Of a DNA stretch of 64,000 nt, positions 34,593-46,510 are shown piece after piece. The stretch spans positions 3,100,001 to 3,164,000 of the forward strand of contig OZ251225.1 of assembly GCA_965240325.2 (NCBI GenBank), read 5' to 3'. Every line of letters starts with the position of its first letter. Position 1 is the first letter of the stretch. The translations under genes and the position numbers were made by a program. This stretch comes from Rebecca billardiae RCC1528. Taxonomy: Eukaryota; Protista; Haptophyta. The notes beneath the pieces were generated by a model. That model was not told where the DNA came from and ran no database searches. It worked only from the letters and a program-made list of their open reading frames with translations.

Positions 34593-37328
34593 ATGCACCG
34601 AGCATCGGCGTCGACGCTACCGTGGTGGGCGCAGCCGGGCGCGGACGCGCCGCCGCCACCCAGCGGTGGCGAGCCGCGCGGCTACGCGCCGTACGCCGCG
34701 GCCCTGCCGCCCGGCCGCGCGAGCGCAGCGCAGTACGCGGCGGAAGGCGTCGCCGCAGCCGAGCGCGCGCGCGCGGCGGCCGCGTGGGGCAAGGAGCGGC
34801 AGCTCGCGGAGCAGACGCTGCGGCTGGACGAGCTCGAGCGCAAGCTCGCCGAGAGCCAGCGTGGGCGCGAGCTCGCCGAGGCTGAGCTCGCCTCTCTCCG
34901 CCGCGCACTCGGCGAGGCGAGCACGCGCGCGGCGATGCATGAGGGCGCGCCCGCGCGCGCGCTCGCGGCGGAGGCGCTGGCGACCGAGCAGCGCGCGCTC
35001 GCCGAGCGGGCGCAGGCGCAGGCCGATAGCGCGCAGCGCGCCCTCGACGGCGCGCGCGCGCAAGCCGACGAGGCGCGCGCGCGCGCGGAGGAGCTGTCGC
35101 GCGCGCTGCGCGGCGCGCGCGCCGACGCAGATTCGGCGACGCGGCGCGCGGACGAGGCGGCGGCCGCGCTCGGCGCCGCGCTCGACGAGCTCGAGGCGGA
35201 GCGCTCGCGCTTCGTCGAGGACAAGCGCGCCGCCGCCGCCGCCATCCGCTCCGAGCAGCAGCTGCGCGCCGACATGGACGGCACCGTCTCGCGAGCGGTG
35301 CGCGTCGCGCAAGAGGAGGCGGCCGCGGACGCGCGCGCGACCGCGGCCGATGCGAGCCGGCGCGAGGCGGAGACGACGGCGGTGCTCGCCGAGTGCCGCG
35401 CGGCGCTCGCGGCGGCGGAGGCGAAGTGGGCGGAGGCGGAGGCCGTGGCCGAGGCCGCCGCGCACAGCATGAGCGCCGCGCCGCGCGCGCCGCCTGCCTC
35501 GGCCCTCCGCGCCGGTGCGAGCGGCGGCGCCGCCGCCCACGACACGGCGGCGCTCGCAGCGAGCTCATTCGTCGACGCGATGGAAGCTGCCGCCGAGCGC
35601 ATCGACGCCGGGGTCGCCCTCGCCGACGAGTCCGCGCGCGCCGCCCACGCCGCCGCCTCCGCCGCCGAGCGCCAGAGCGCGCCCGCCGCCAGCTCGGCCG
35701 CCGCAGTCGCGGTGGCTGACTCGCCCGCGTGGGCGAGCGCGCGCGCGCACGCCGCGGAGATGGATGCGCGGCTGCGGGTGCTGGAGCAGCGCACGGCGGC
35801 GTCGGAGGCGTCGCGGCTCGGCGGCACGGCGCACGCCTCGCCGCCCGCCGCGCTCTCCGCCGCCGCCGCCGCCGAGCTGCGCGCGGGCTGCATGCGCGAG
35901 GCGCGCGCCATCCTTGCCGACTACGAAAGCGCGGCGCGGCGCGCGCTCGCTGAGGTCGAGGCGAGAGCGAGGGAGGGCGCGCGGAGGGAGGCGCGCGAGG
36001 CGGCGGCGGAGGAGCTGCACGCGGCGCAGCGCGCGGCATCCGCGTCCGCCGCCGCGCGTGAGCACGCCGTCGCCGAGATCGCCGCCGCGCAGCGCAGCGC
36101 GGCCGAGGCGGCGGCGGCGAGCGCGGCGGCCGTGGCGGAGTCGAGTGCGGCGCGCTCGCGCGCCGCGGCGCTCGAAGCGGAGTTGGAGGCGGCGTGGGCG
36201 CGCGCGGGCGCGGTGCAGGGCGTGGCGCAGCCGCCCGTCGTGCTCGGCGGGGCGGCGCACCGCTCGCCGCCCTCGCGCGCCGACGAGCTTCGCGCGGTGC
36301 ACGCCGCCGTGAGCGCGCGCGCGCCCTCGCCGCCACCGGCGCCGCCGCCCGGAGGCGCTAGCAACAGCGCCGCTGCCGCGGCCGCGATCCGCGCCGGCCT
36401 GGCCGTGTCGGTGGCCGAGCGGGACGCGCTGGTGAGCGCGCTCGGGATCGAGGTGCAGCGCGCGGAGATGCTCGCGCTCGGCGCGCTCAGGCACGCAGAC
36501 GCGTGCACCGCGCGCGCCGAGCGCGCCGTCGCGGACGCGGACGGCGCGCGCGAGCGCTCGGAAGCGGACAAGCGGCGGGCGGACGCCGCGGCCGAGGCGC
36601 GCGACGCGGCGACACGCGAGCTGGCGCTCACCGCGGCCGCGTGCGAGAGCGCGCGCGAGGCGGCGGCGGTGGCGGAGGCGCGCGCGGCGGAGGGCGCGCG
36701 CGAGGCCTCCGAGGCGCGCGCCGACGCCGCCGCCGCGCGCGCCGCCGCCGCCGCGGCGGACAGCGCGTCGTTGCAAGCGGACGCGCGCGCGACGGCCGAG
36801 CGCGGCGCGCGCGAGCGGCTGCTCGCTCAGGAGCTGCCCGCGCTGCGGCGCGCGGCGGACGCGGAGGTGGAGTCGGTGCGCTCGGCGCAGCGCGAGGCGA
36901 TCGCGGGCGCGCGCGACTCGCTCGCCGCGCTCGAGGTCGAGGCGTCGCAGTGGCGAGAGCGCTGCTCGCTGCTCGAGGCGGAGCGCTGGAAGGCGAGGGT
37001 GCGCGCGGCGGGCGCACCCGGCGGGCCGGCCGCGGACAGGGCGGGCGCGGACGCGCTCGGCGCCGCGGGCGGCGCGCCTTCACTCGCGCCCTCGCCCGCC
37101 GCGCCGCTCGACGCGTACGGGGCAGACACGGCGCCCGAGGCGCCGCCGCTCAGCCTCGGCTCGCTGCGCGCGCCGCGCGCACGCGGCACCCCGCTGAGCG
37201 CAGCGGGCACGTATCAGTACGCTGCCGGCGCGGACGCGGCGCACGGCGGCGGCGTGATGGGCGCCCCGGGCCACTACCTGCGCGCGCTGCAGCCGGCGCC
37301 CTCCGAGCTGCACGCCGAGCTGCGCTGA
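34593..37328 (+). CDS. Ala/Glu/Arg-rich coiled-coil protein, function unknown
   Basis: Long ORF with host-like codon usage and heptad-like composition, divergent from the GT47 gene. Confidence 0.65.
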   Translation: MHRASASTLPWWAQPGADAPPPPSGGEPRGYAPYAAALPPGRASAAQYAAEGVAAAERARAAAAWGKERQLAEQTLRLDELERKLAESQRGRELAEAELASLRRALGEASTRAAMHEGAPARALAAEALATEQRALAERAQAQADSAQRALDGARAQADEARARAEELSRALRGARADADSATRRADEAAAALGAALDELEAERSRFVEDKRAAAAAIRSEQQLRADMDGTVSRAVRVAQEEAAADARATAADASRREAETTAVLAECRAALAAAEAKWAEAEAVAEAAAHSMSAAPRAPPASALRAGASGGAAAHDTAALAASSFVDAMEAAAERIDAGVALADESARAAHAAASAAERQSAPAASSAAAVAVADSPAWASARAHAAEMDARLRVLEQRTAASEASRLGGTAHASPPAALSAAAAAELRAGCMREARAILADYESAARRALAEVEARAREGARREAREAAAEELHAAQRAASASAAAREHAVAEIAAAQRSAAEAAAASAAAVAESSAARSRAAALEAELEAAWARAGAVQGVAQPPVVLGGAAHRSPPSRADELRAVHAAVSARAPSPPPAPPPGGASNSAAAAAAIRAGLAVSVAERDALVSALGIEVQRAEMLALGALRHADACTARAERAVADADGARERSEADKRRADAAAEARDAATRELALTAAACESAREAAAVAEARAAEGAREASEARADAAAARAAAAAADSASLQADARATAERGARERLLAQELPALRRAADAEVESVRSAQREAIAGARDSLAALEVEASQWRERCSLLEAERWKARVRAAGAPGGPAADRAGADALGAAGGAPSLAPSPAAPLDAYGADTAPEAPPLSLGSLRAPRARGTPLSAAGTYQYAAGADAAHGGGVMGAPGHYLRALQPAPSELHAELR

Positions 37329-37740
37329 GCGCACGACGCGCAGCCCGCTCGAAGCCGAGACTCGAGCAGAGCTTACCCGGGTGTTGCTTGCTGGGGATCG
37401 GACCTACGACGTCCGCGGACGGTCGCGACTTCAGTCTTCACTCTTCTGACGAGCGAGTCTTCAGACGATATTCTAAGAGATGGCACAGCTAGCACATCGT
37501 CATCTATCACTATCGTCAGTTATAGTATCACGTCCACGACTACTGCGCTAGCAGCTCATGTCGCAGCAGTCAGGAGTGAGCAGTGATATATATATGCGCG
37601 CTGTTAAGTGTTATGCAATTTAATATAATTATTGCAATGACGTCACGGGCCGGACTTCGTCTTCGGTTATATCGGTAACGGGCCACGACTCTGACGGGTA
37701 ATGGGTATTATTATAATAATATATTATTATTATATTATAG

Positions 37741-39399
37741 TCAGCACGCGTCGCCGGGCGCGCCTGATGCTTGTCTGCGACGCTGCGCGCTGCCGCTGGC
37801 GCCGCGCGCCCCGGCTGTGTGTGCAAGGTCCAGCTCGGGCCACTCGTCGGCGCTGGTACCCGCCCTGCCGGTACTGCCGCCCGTGGCACTGTCGCTGCCG
37901 CCCTGGCCTGCTGTGGATCTGCCCCCGCCGCGAGCACTCAGGACGCCACCGCCGCCACGCGACGGGTAGGCATACGGCCCGCCGATCGGGTACGGCGCGC
38001 CACCGCCCCGACCGACCATGGCCGGGTATGCGCCATATGCGTACGCGCCGCCCGCGCCGCCCATGGCATGCGGGGGCGGCGCGTACGGCCCGCCACCAGC
38101 CGCACCGAGCGGCGAGCCGCCGCCCGGCACGTACTGGTGCCCCATGTACGGCACGTGGACGTCCGCGTTGGCCGGCGGCAGCCCCGCGGCGTACGGCCCC
38201 GGGCCGTAGGCCCCGTACGCCATGCCGTACAGCTGCTGCAGGTGGAAGGGCATGGGCGCAGCGTGCGGCTGCGGATGCGCCATTGGCTGCGAGCGGCCAG
38301 AGTGGCGCCCGCCGCTGCGCCCGCCGCCTCTGCCTCCGCCGCCGCCGCCGCCCGGCCCGCCGCCGCCGACCGTGCGCGACCGACGTGCAGGGGGCGCTGT
38401 GGCTGCCCGCGGCGTGGCCTGCTTCAGCTCCACCGCCTTGCCACCGATGCAATGAGGCTCTGCGCAACGCAGCGCGCGCGCGCGCGCGGCCGCGGGGCGT
38501 TGCGTCGGTCACGCGCCGCCGAGCGACGGGCAGAGGGCCGTCCGAATGGCGCACGCGCGGCACGCACCAAGTTCCTTCTGGTCGAGGAGTGCCGTGACCA
38601 CAGCGGCGTCCTCAAAGGTCACGAAGCCAAAACCGCGCGGCCGCTTGGTGTGCTGCGCGCCCGGTGTGACCCCGCCGTGCGCGCCATGCGCACGCGCGCG
38701 TGAGCGGCCGCGCCGCGCCTCGCCTCGCGCACCGCGCCGGCGCCGACGGCGGCGGAGCGCGCGCGTACCGAGTCATACATCAGAAGGGCGTCGACGACGG
38801 TGCCAAACTTCTCGAAGTACGCGCGGAACTCGTCGTCCGTGACAGTGTGCGCCACGCCTCCGACGAAAACCTTGCGCTTGTCCGCGGGCTCGGCACCGCC
38901 CTTGTGCGCGGCCTCGGCGGAGAGGTCGACGGCGGGCGCCGCGGCCGCGGCGATGGCGTCGCGTCGAGGCGTCGCGGTGCGCACCTTCACCTGCCGCCCG
39001 TCGATCGTGTGCTCGTCCATGTCGAGGACCGTCTTGGCAGCTGCGCTGTCGGCAAAGGTGACAAAGCCAAAGCCACGCGGCGCGCCCGACGAGCGGTCGG
39101 TGGGAATGTGCACGACGATGACCACGCCGTACGCCGAGAAGTGCTCGTGAAGCATCTCTGTTTCGGCGGTGCGGCGCGGCGCGGCGCCCGCTTGAACACC
39201 GGTGGCGGTACTGCGAGAGCCGATGCGCGCAGGGCACGTGCGCGCATCGCGCCGCGCGGCGCACACCCTCTGTCGTCGTCGGAGAGACTCCGCCCAGGAA
39301 AAGCTTGACGCCAGGGCCAGCGTCTGGCGCGATGGTGGGCACAGCCACCACGGGAGACCCCTCCTCCACCGCCGCCGGAGCGCCCTCCCCGCTTGACAT
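37741..39399 (-). CDS. hnRNP A1/Musashi/DAZAP1-like two-RRM protein with Gly/Tyr/Pro-rich tail; introns 39158-39266, 38653-38768, 38460-38567
   Basis: KLFLGGV, PRGFGFVTF, HTIDGRQV, KVFVGGV, FRAYFEKFG.V.D, RPRGFGFVTF, IGGKAVELKQA after splicing. Confidence 0.9.
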
Positions 39400-39509
39400 C
39401 GCCGCTCGCTTTGTGTTGATGAAGGCGGTGCTCAGGCGGCCGTCCGAGCGAGCGACGTCCAAAAACCTCCACCGGCGCACACACGGGGCGGCCGAAACAC
39501 ACTGCCACG

Positions 39510-40620
39510 CCATAGTAGGTTCGGGGGGAGCCCCGGACTGCAGTCTGAAAGCGGCCCCTTCAACTTTAGTGGGCACGCTGTGGCCGCATGGCGGCCGGCC
39601 GCCCGCCGCCCACGTGAACAAAAGTCCGTGCGCGGGCGTGGTGGGCACGCACGTGTCGATGGCGTAGGGCTGGCAGGTCCGTATATGTCATGGCCATCCC
39701 CAGGCGCGTTTGAGACCCCATCCCCGGCGCCTGAGGCACCACACATGCTGGCGATGACAGATGTCGTGTTCAGCACGGGTTGCTGTGCACGCGCCGGTAC
39801 GGCGGGGTGGTGCACACGGAGAGAGGGCCTAGAAAGGGGTGGCGTGCGTTCTCACAGGTCTGGTCTCTACTGACGTCGCCCGGCGCGCGCGTCGTGTGTC
39901 CCAGTAGGCTTGGAAGCCTCTTAAACACCGCTTCTTCCACTATACCACGAACACTCTTGCTTTTAAAACAAACATTACGCAACTGAGAGTTTTGTATGTG
40001 GCAGGTGGCGATGGGGCAGAGCCATGGCATGAGCTCAATTCCAGGGCGCAAGTAGCCGTCAAGTAGCCGGTTGAGCTGTCAGACTGCCCACGCAGGACAC
40101 ACAAGACCTAATGGGCTCCCTCTCTGCGAACTCTTCAGCCTGAAGGCCTCGCTGAGGGTACACGCCCAAGTGGTGCGTGTGTGAACAGTGAGCATGCTTT
40201 GACCGTCAGCCAACAAGAAGCACTGAACAGGCCGCCCATCCTTATGACGCGCGCGCCGGGCGACGTCAGTAGAGACCAGACCTGTGAGAACGCACGCCAC
40301 CCCTTTCTAGGCCCTCTCTCCGTGTGCACCACCCCGCCGTACCGGCGCGTGCACAGCAACCCGTGCTGAACACGACATCTGTCATCGCCAGCATGTGTGG
40401 TGCCTCAGGCGCCGGGGATGGGGTCTCAAACGCGCCTGGGGATGGCCATGACATATACGGACCTGCCAGCCCTACGCCATCGACACGTGCGTGCCCACCA
40501 CGCCCGCGCACGGACTTTTGTTCACGTGGGCGGCGGGCGGCCGGCCGCCATGCGGCCACAGCGTGCCCACTAAAGTTGAAGGGGCAGCTCCCGGACTCGG
40601 CCCCCGAACCTTACTATTGG
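39510..40620. mobile_element. Foldback-type element: 340-bp inverted arms (39554-39893 / 40246-40585), 352-bp spacer, imperfect outer termini TAGTA(A)GGTTCGGGGG
   Basis: Arms give identical translations on opposite strands (39580-39873+ equals 40266-40559-); no convincing TSD. Confidence 0.85.
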
Positions 40621-40645
40621 TTCGTCGTGGACGAATCGGATGAAT

Positions 40646-41266
40646 ATTGATGGTGCAAGAAAACCTAGAGCCCCGACCGTTACACGGGTATATTAGGTCT
40701 CAGCGGTATGATGGCCATCCGGCGAATAAGTCATTCTGGGTCTCCCTGACACCATGATACAGGCCCAACACCCCCGGGGACCTGAGCATCACCCTGGGAC
40801 CTAATATTGCAGTCTGAAGTTGGGTGGGTCACTCTCGACGACGGCACGCGGACGGTCGTGATGCACGCGGGACAGCACATCAGGGGCATTCGGTGCACTA
40901 GCGAGGGTGGCATACGATGTCATCCCGACGTATGCATCCGTAGTATACTTGCCCGGCCCCAGGCGCCCTGTCATCCGGCACAATGTCACGTGCGTGGGCT
41001 TCACGCGGTCGTGATCGCGGGGTTCAACATGCTGTTCCGAACGAGCGCACGCACGCGCGCCGGCGCGAGGCGAGCGAGAGGAATGCACCCCTCGCGTGCT
41101 CGCGCGGGCAAACGCACTTCACGAGCATCCCACAGGCGCCAAGAACTTCCTCCGATGGCGATGCGCAAGCCGCTAGCCCCCACAAGCGCGGGGCGAACCA
41201 CGCCGCAGGGCGGTGTCGCCGCTTCCCGCGCTGGGCCGGGGCTCTAGGTTTTCTTGCACCATCAAT
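40646..41266. mobile_element. MITE-like element, ~621 bp, 30-bp perfect TIR ATTGATGGTGCAAGAAAACCTAGAGCCCCG
   Basis: TIR at 40646-40675 and reverse complement at 41237-41266; flanked by AAT/AAT (or TA/TA if the TIR is 1 bp shorter). Confidence 0.85.
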
Positions 41267-41491
41267 AATAGATGGAACCCATGCCCCGATTGAGGGTATC
41301 GACGGTGAGTAGCTGTGTTAAGTGCTGACTTAACCAAGGGCCGTGGTTAAGTACCCGCACCTTGCCGCACGCCGATATTTCATATTAGCCCAGTCATCGG
41401 CTCGCTCGCTCGCTCGTCGCTCGACGCGCCGCTCTTGCCTTTCAAGCAAGCCGGCCCCGGTACCGGTCAAACCTCCGGCGCCGTGGTTGTC

Positions 41492-44234
41492 ATGCTGGTA
41501 TGCTGCGGCAAGGAGGACCAAGCGCGCCTGGTGGCGGAGAACGAGGTGGCCTCGGACGCGCCCGCCACTCGCGCGTCGGGCAAGTCGGACATGCAGCGCA
41601 CGCCCTCGAGGTACCAGGATGGTACGCTCAAGCGGTATGATGTCGTGCTCGTGCTGCCGCACTACGAGCTCACCGAGGAGGAGAAGAAGAAGGACGAGGC
41701 GAGCGTGAAGAAGCAGAAGGACAAGATCGAGAGCTTCAAGATGTTTCAACGTGAGGTGAAGAGCAGACTCAAGGCGGCCAACCTCCACACGCACATGTTC
41801 CGCGAGGCGACCGGCTCGGACAAGAAGGGGTCGCAGTTCGTGCTCGTGGGCGCGGACACTGAGCTGCTCAAGGACGCGGCCGAGGCGATCGGGCTGGAGA
41901 AGAAGCTCAAGCCGGTAGGCGCGCAGAGCGAGCACTACGAGGCGTACGCGTCGTACAAGCAGGAACACCACGACAAGTTCCGCGACGACGAGTACGGCGG
42001 CGGTGAGCGCAGCGCCCGCGCCGGCCGCGGCGGCGCGCGCGCATCGCGCCGGCCGCCGCGCGCGTGCTCAGGCGGGTCGGGGCGCGCGCGCGCTCGCACG
42101 GCGATCGCGCTGCGCAGGCTTCTTCACCTCCCTCGAGCGCATCAAGTGCCTTTTCCACATCATCGAGGGCCCGAATTACGCCGAGCCCGGGTGCGCAGAG
42201 CTCGACCTCGACAAGCTCGTGGCCGACGGCGTGCTCTCGAACTACTTCTGCATGGTGGACACGCAGCGGCTGAACGCGCTGAAGCCGATCTGGATCTACG
42301 GCAACCCGCTCCACGCCGCGCCGATCGCGCAGATCCACGATTACCTCGGCGAGAAGATCGCGCTCTACTTTGCGTGGATGCAGACGTACACGTCGTACCT
42401 GGGCGTGCTCGGCGTCGTCTCGCTCGTGCCCTTCATCACGCAGCTGGCGGTGAAGGGCGATCGCACGTTCGACAACTGGGCGGTGCCGATCTACGGCCTC
42501 GTCACCGTCGTGTGGGCGCAGGCCTTCCTCGAGCACTGGAAGCGCCAGCAGGCCAAGCTCGCGTTCACGTGGAACGTGGAGCAGTTTGAGGACGAGGAGT
42601 CGCTTCGCCCGGAGTTCCGGCAGGAGGTGCAGCGGCGGCACGAGCAGTGGCTCGAGAAGCACGATGTGGACGAGGAGCTCGCCCTCGTGACGCAGGTGCT
42701 CGACCCGCGCATGGCAGAGTTCCGCGTAGGCCGCTGGTCCAAGGCCGGCTTTGTGCAGGTGGACGAGGACGACGAGCTCTATGAGCAGCTCGAGCCGGTC
42801 GAGTACTTCGACGAGAACTGGCAGCAGCTGCGGCTCGTCATCTCGGCGAGCATCGCGGGGGTGCTCGTGTTCGTCATCGTGATCGGCACGATCGGGCTCA
42901 TGGCGCTCAAGGTCAAGCTCGCGACGCACGGCGGCTGGTGGGAGGAGAACGCCGCGCTGGTGAGCGCCTTCTTCAACTCGGCCTTCATCACGCTCATGTC
43001 GCTCCTGTGGAGCAAGGTCGGCATCATGCTCAACGACTGGGAGATGCACCGCACGGATACGGAGTGGGAGGACTCGCTGATCAGCAAGACGTTCGCCTTC
43101 CAGTTCATCAACTCGTACGTCGCCTCGCTGTACATCGCCTTCGTGCAGGGCTCCGCGATCGTCCTGCCGATCTTCCGCGGCGCGAACGGCGAGAGGCTGC
43201 GCGACCACTGCGTCGCCGACGACTGCTTCCGCGCGCTCTACTACCAGATGGCGATGCTCGTCGTGACGAAGCAGGTGACGCGGCACCTGCTCGTACTCGT
43301 CCCGATCATCTGGGCGTTCATCTCGAAGCGCCTCTTCCCGCCCAAGGAGGAGTCGGTGCGCGGCCGCAGCGCGCGCGCGACCTCGCAGTCGCTGCGCCGC
43401 CCGCGCGCGCCAGACCCCGCGCCCGCTGCGCCCACCCCCTGCGCCCACTCACCGGTCCCGCCTGCTGACGCCGCGCGTGCGCAGAGCAAGCTGCACGCCA
43501 TGGTCGTCGAGCAGTCGCGCCTGCAGCGATTCACGGGCACGCACAACGAGTACCTCGAGATGATCATCCAGGTGCCTAGCTCGTCGCGCGGCCGTGCTGC
43601 GCCGCGCTGCCAGCTACGCGGCGCGCGCGCGCGCGCCTGCGCACCGCGCAGCGCCATGGCTGATGATGATCGCCCTCGTCCCCGCTCGCTGCCCCGCGCG
43701 CAGTTCGGGTACGTGGCCATGTTCGCCGTGGCGTTCCCGATCGGCTCGCTCCTCGTGTACATCAACAACGGCCTCGAGAAGCGCTCGGACGCCGCGAAGG
43801 TCGCGCTCTTCTCGCAGCGCCCCAAGTACCTCGGCGCGCAGGACATTGGCTCGGTGCAGACGATGCTCGAGGTCGTGGCGCTCTCCTCCGTCTTCACCAA
43901 CTGCATCATCCTCTACCTCAGCTCGCAGGCGTTCCGTGACTACTTCCCGCGGTCGTGGCAGGAGCAGCACCCACGCTTCGCGCTGCTGGTCGTGACTCTC
44001 ATCTTCGAGCACGGCATCCTCTTCGCCAAGCAGATTGTGAACTGGGCGGTGCCGGACACGCCGGTGTGGGTCGAGATCGAGCGCGCGCGCAACAAGATGC
44101 GCCAGGCCTCGCTCTTGCAGCTCACAAAGGAGCAGCTCGAGCGCCAGGCGCAGCAGCGCTCGCGCTTCGCCAACCTCTTCAGGTCCACAGGCGATGACGA
44201 CTCGAGCGACGACTCGGAGGAGGAGTACGCCTAA
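41492..44234 (+). CDS. Anoctamin/TMEM16 family channel-scramblase; introns 42003-42117, 43356-43484, 43572-43703
   Basis: IHDYLGEKIALYFAW..Y, FLEHWKR, LNDWE.HRT..EWEDSLI.K.F.FQFINSY, EYLEMIIQ|FGYV.MF, N..E.RSDA.K, AQDIG, FEH. Confidence 0.95.
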
Positions 44235-44531
44235 GCGCGCCACGGCGGTACCCCAGCTGCCCGATGAGCGCGTCTGCAGTCCCTGCTGCAGAGGTGCCAC
44301 GTGTGCCACGTCACGGCTTGCGGACCCTCAGCGGTGCTCTGCTTTGAACGCAGCGGCGTGGCATTGGCCAACGTGACCGCCGACGCACGACCTCATCAGT
44401 CATCTCCGCCGGCGGCAGGTCTCACGGCTCTGCGTCCGCATCTCTTGGATCCTGCATGATGATGATGAGTGCATGAGCGGTCACTGACTAGTGACTACTG
44501 AGTGATGAGCCTTGACTTGACGGCCGGAGTC

Positions 44532-44990
44532 GGCTCTGGCTTCGGTTGACCCCTGCCAGAGACGGGCACTGTGAGCTCCTTCATGAAGTCACTCGTGAAA
44601 ACTGCACAGGAGGACCTCAATGGATGCCTAGATGATGACTTCAGAGCGATATTGGGCCAACAAGCACTTCCTCCATAGTTCAGACTCTATTTTTACTATG
44701 TATTTACCCATTTCAGACTCTGGTCAGAACACGGTCCGGGAGCGATCCGGATGCACCCGTAGCTATTTGAAATGTATCACCGGATTGGGTAAATAGCTAT
44801 GAAAAATAGAGTCTGAAGTAGTCATAAACTGAGTTTCACTCCCTGGGCACTTATTGGCCATCCATAGCAACCCTACTTGGGGCCCTGTGGGACACTTCGG
44901 GCGTTCATTCGGCCGCAGGAATGCGAAGATCATTTTCGGTACGCCCGGTTTCTATGACCGGACTGGCAGGGGTCAACCGGAGCCAGAGCC
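44532..44990. mobile_element. Probable MITE remnant: 28-bp inverted pair (44532-44559 / 44963-44990) enclosing a second imperfect 32-bp inverted pair (44679-44710 / 44786-44817)
   Basis: ggctctggcttcggttgacccctgccag vs ctggcaggggtcaaccggagccagagcc; ttcagactctattttt..tatttaccca vs tgggtaaata..aaaaatagagtctgaa. Confidence 0.65.
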
Positions 44991-45263
44991 AGTCCGACGG
45001 CGGCGCATCCATGAACATGATGAATGTGATGATTCGATCCAATATCATTAATGTAGTGAATATCGACAGACAACTCAGTGATGTCATCAGATCATCATCA
45101 ATAAATATATATCATGAATGATCATTCATCGATTTTGCGTGTCTCAGAGATCGTTTGATGACAAGCTGCTCCGATCCGCCCGACGGGCCCGATGACCGAT
45201 CCGGATCGTCGGCGCGCGCGGTGCCGCGCGCGCACGGCTGCCGCTGGCACCGCGGCCGCCCGT

Positions 45264-46373
45264 CTACTTCGTAAGCAGCTGCTCCATACGGAAGGCGAAA
45301 GGCGAGTTCGATACGTCGGGCGGTGCTGGCTCGTCGCGGAAGATCTCGCGCATCAACTGGCTCTGCTCCTTGTTCAGCCTGCGTGGCAGCACCACGTCCC
45401 AGTGCACGTACAGGTCTCCCACGCGCCGCTGCGTCTTGACGCCCTGCCCGCGCAGCATCGTGTGCGCGCCCGGCTGGGTGCCTGGCGAGAGCTTGACGCT
45501 GGACTCGCCGTCGAGGGTGGGTACGCTCACGCTCGCGCCGCACAGCGCGTCCACGAGCCTCACGGGCCGCACGACGTGGATGTCGAGCCCTTGCCGCTTG
45601 AAGACATGGTGTGGCTGCACGCGCAGCAGCACGTGCAGGTCCCCGGGCCGCTGCCCGCGCCCGCGCGGCGGGCCCCGGCCAGGGGCCTGCAGCTGCATGC
45701 CGTCGTCGACGCCCGGCGGGATGTTGAGCTCGACCACGCGCGGGCGCGCGTCGTTCGGCGCCTGCCACTGCACCTTCTTCGTGCAGCCCTCGACGGCCTC
45801 CATGAAGGTGAGCTCCATCTCCACCTGCACGATCGGCGCGAAGAGCTCGCTGAAGATGTCCGCGGCGCCGAAGCCGAAGGGCGAGCCGCCAAAGCCCTGG
45901 AAGCCGGCGAACGGGTTGCCGTCCGGCCCCGCCGAGTCCGGGTCCACCCCGGCGAACCCAAACTGGTCGAACGCTTGCCGCTTGGCGTCGTCGGAGAGGA
46001 TCTCGTACGCCTCCGTCGCCTCGGCAAACTTCTTTGCGGCCTCGGGGTTGTTCGGGTTGGCGTCCGGGTGGTGCTCGCGGGCGGCCTGATAGTACCGCTT
46101 CTTGATCTCCGCCGAACTCGCGGACCGCGGCACGCCGAGCACCTCGTAGGGGTCCTTCTTGAGCGCGCGCGGAACTGCGTTGGCCACGCGCACGCGAGGG
46201 CGCGCACGCGAGGGCGCCGCGCGTGAGCCAGCGCGCGTGGAATCGGGCGGCTGTCTTCGACGCAGCTCGTGGCACACACCTGTCGTTCGAAATGCCCTGA
46301 CGCAGGCCGGGTGTAGCCGTGGCGCCCGCTGCGCCGCCGCGAGACCTCCCAGCACGCGCGTGCTGGCGCGCAT
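45264..46373 (-). CDS. DnaJ/Hsp40 chaperone with mitochondrial-type presequence and no Zn-finger; intron 46175-46279
   Basis: DPYEVLGV..HHPD..AYEILSD J-domain, G/F region, IPPGVDDG, GDL.V C-terminal domains; Arg/Ala-rich N-terminus. Confidence 0.9.
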   Translation of the reverse strand: MRASTRVLGGLAAAQRAPRLHPACVRAFRTTGVCHELRRRQPPDSTRAGSRAAPSRARPRVRVANAVPRALKKDPYEVLGVPRSASSAEIKKRYYQAAREHHPDANPNNPEAAKKFAEATEAYEILSDDAKRQAFDQFGFAGVDPDSAGPDGNPFAGFQGFGGSPFGFGAADIFSELFAPIVQVEMELTFMEAVEGCTKKVQWQAPNDARPRVVELNIPPGVDDGMQLQAPGRGPPRGRGQRPGDLHVLLRVQPHHVFKRQGLDIHVVRPVRLVDALCGASVSVPTLDGESSVKLSPGTQPGAHTMLRGQGVKTQRRVGDLYVHWDVVLPRRLNKEQSQLMREIFRDEPAPPDVSNSPFAFRMEQLLTK

Positions 46374-46510
46374 CTTGCCAGAGGCGTCTCCAGACGTGGC
46401 CACTTCCGGCTTTGCACAAGCGATGGCTGGGGAGCCACGCGCCAGCAGGCCGCTCGCCACGGCCGCCCGCCCTGAGCCCCTTGACTGATCTGACAAGAGA
46501 CAAAGCCGCG

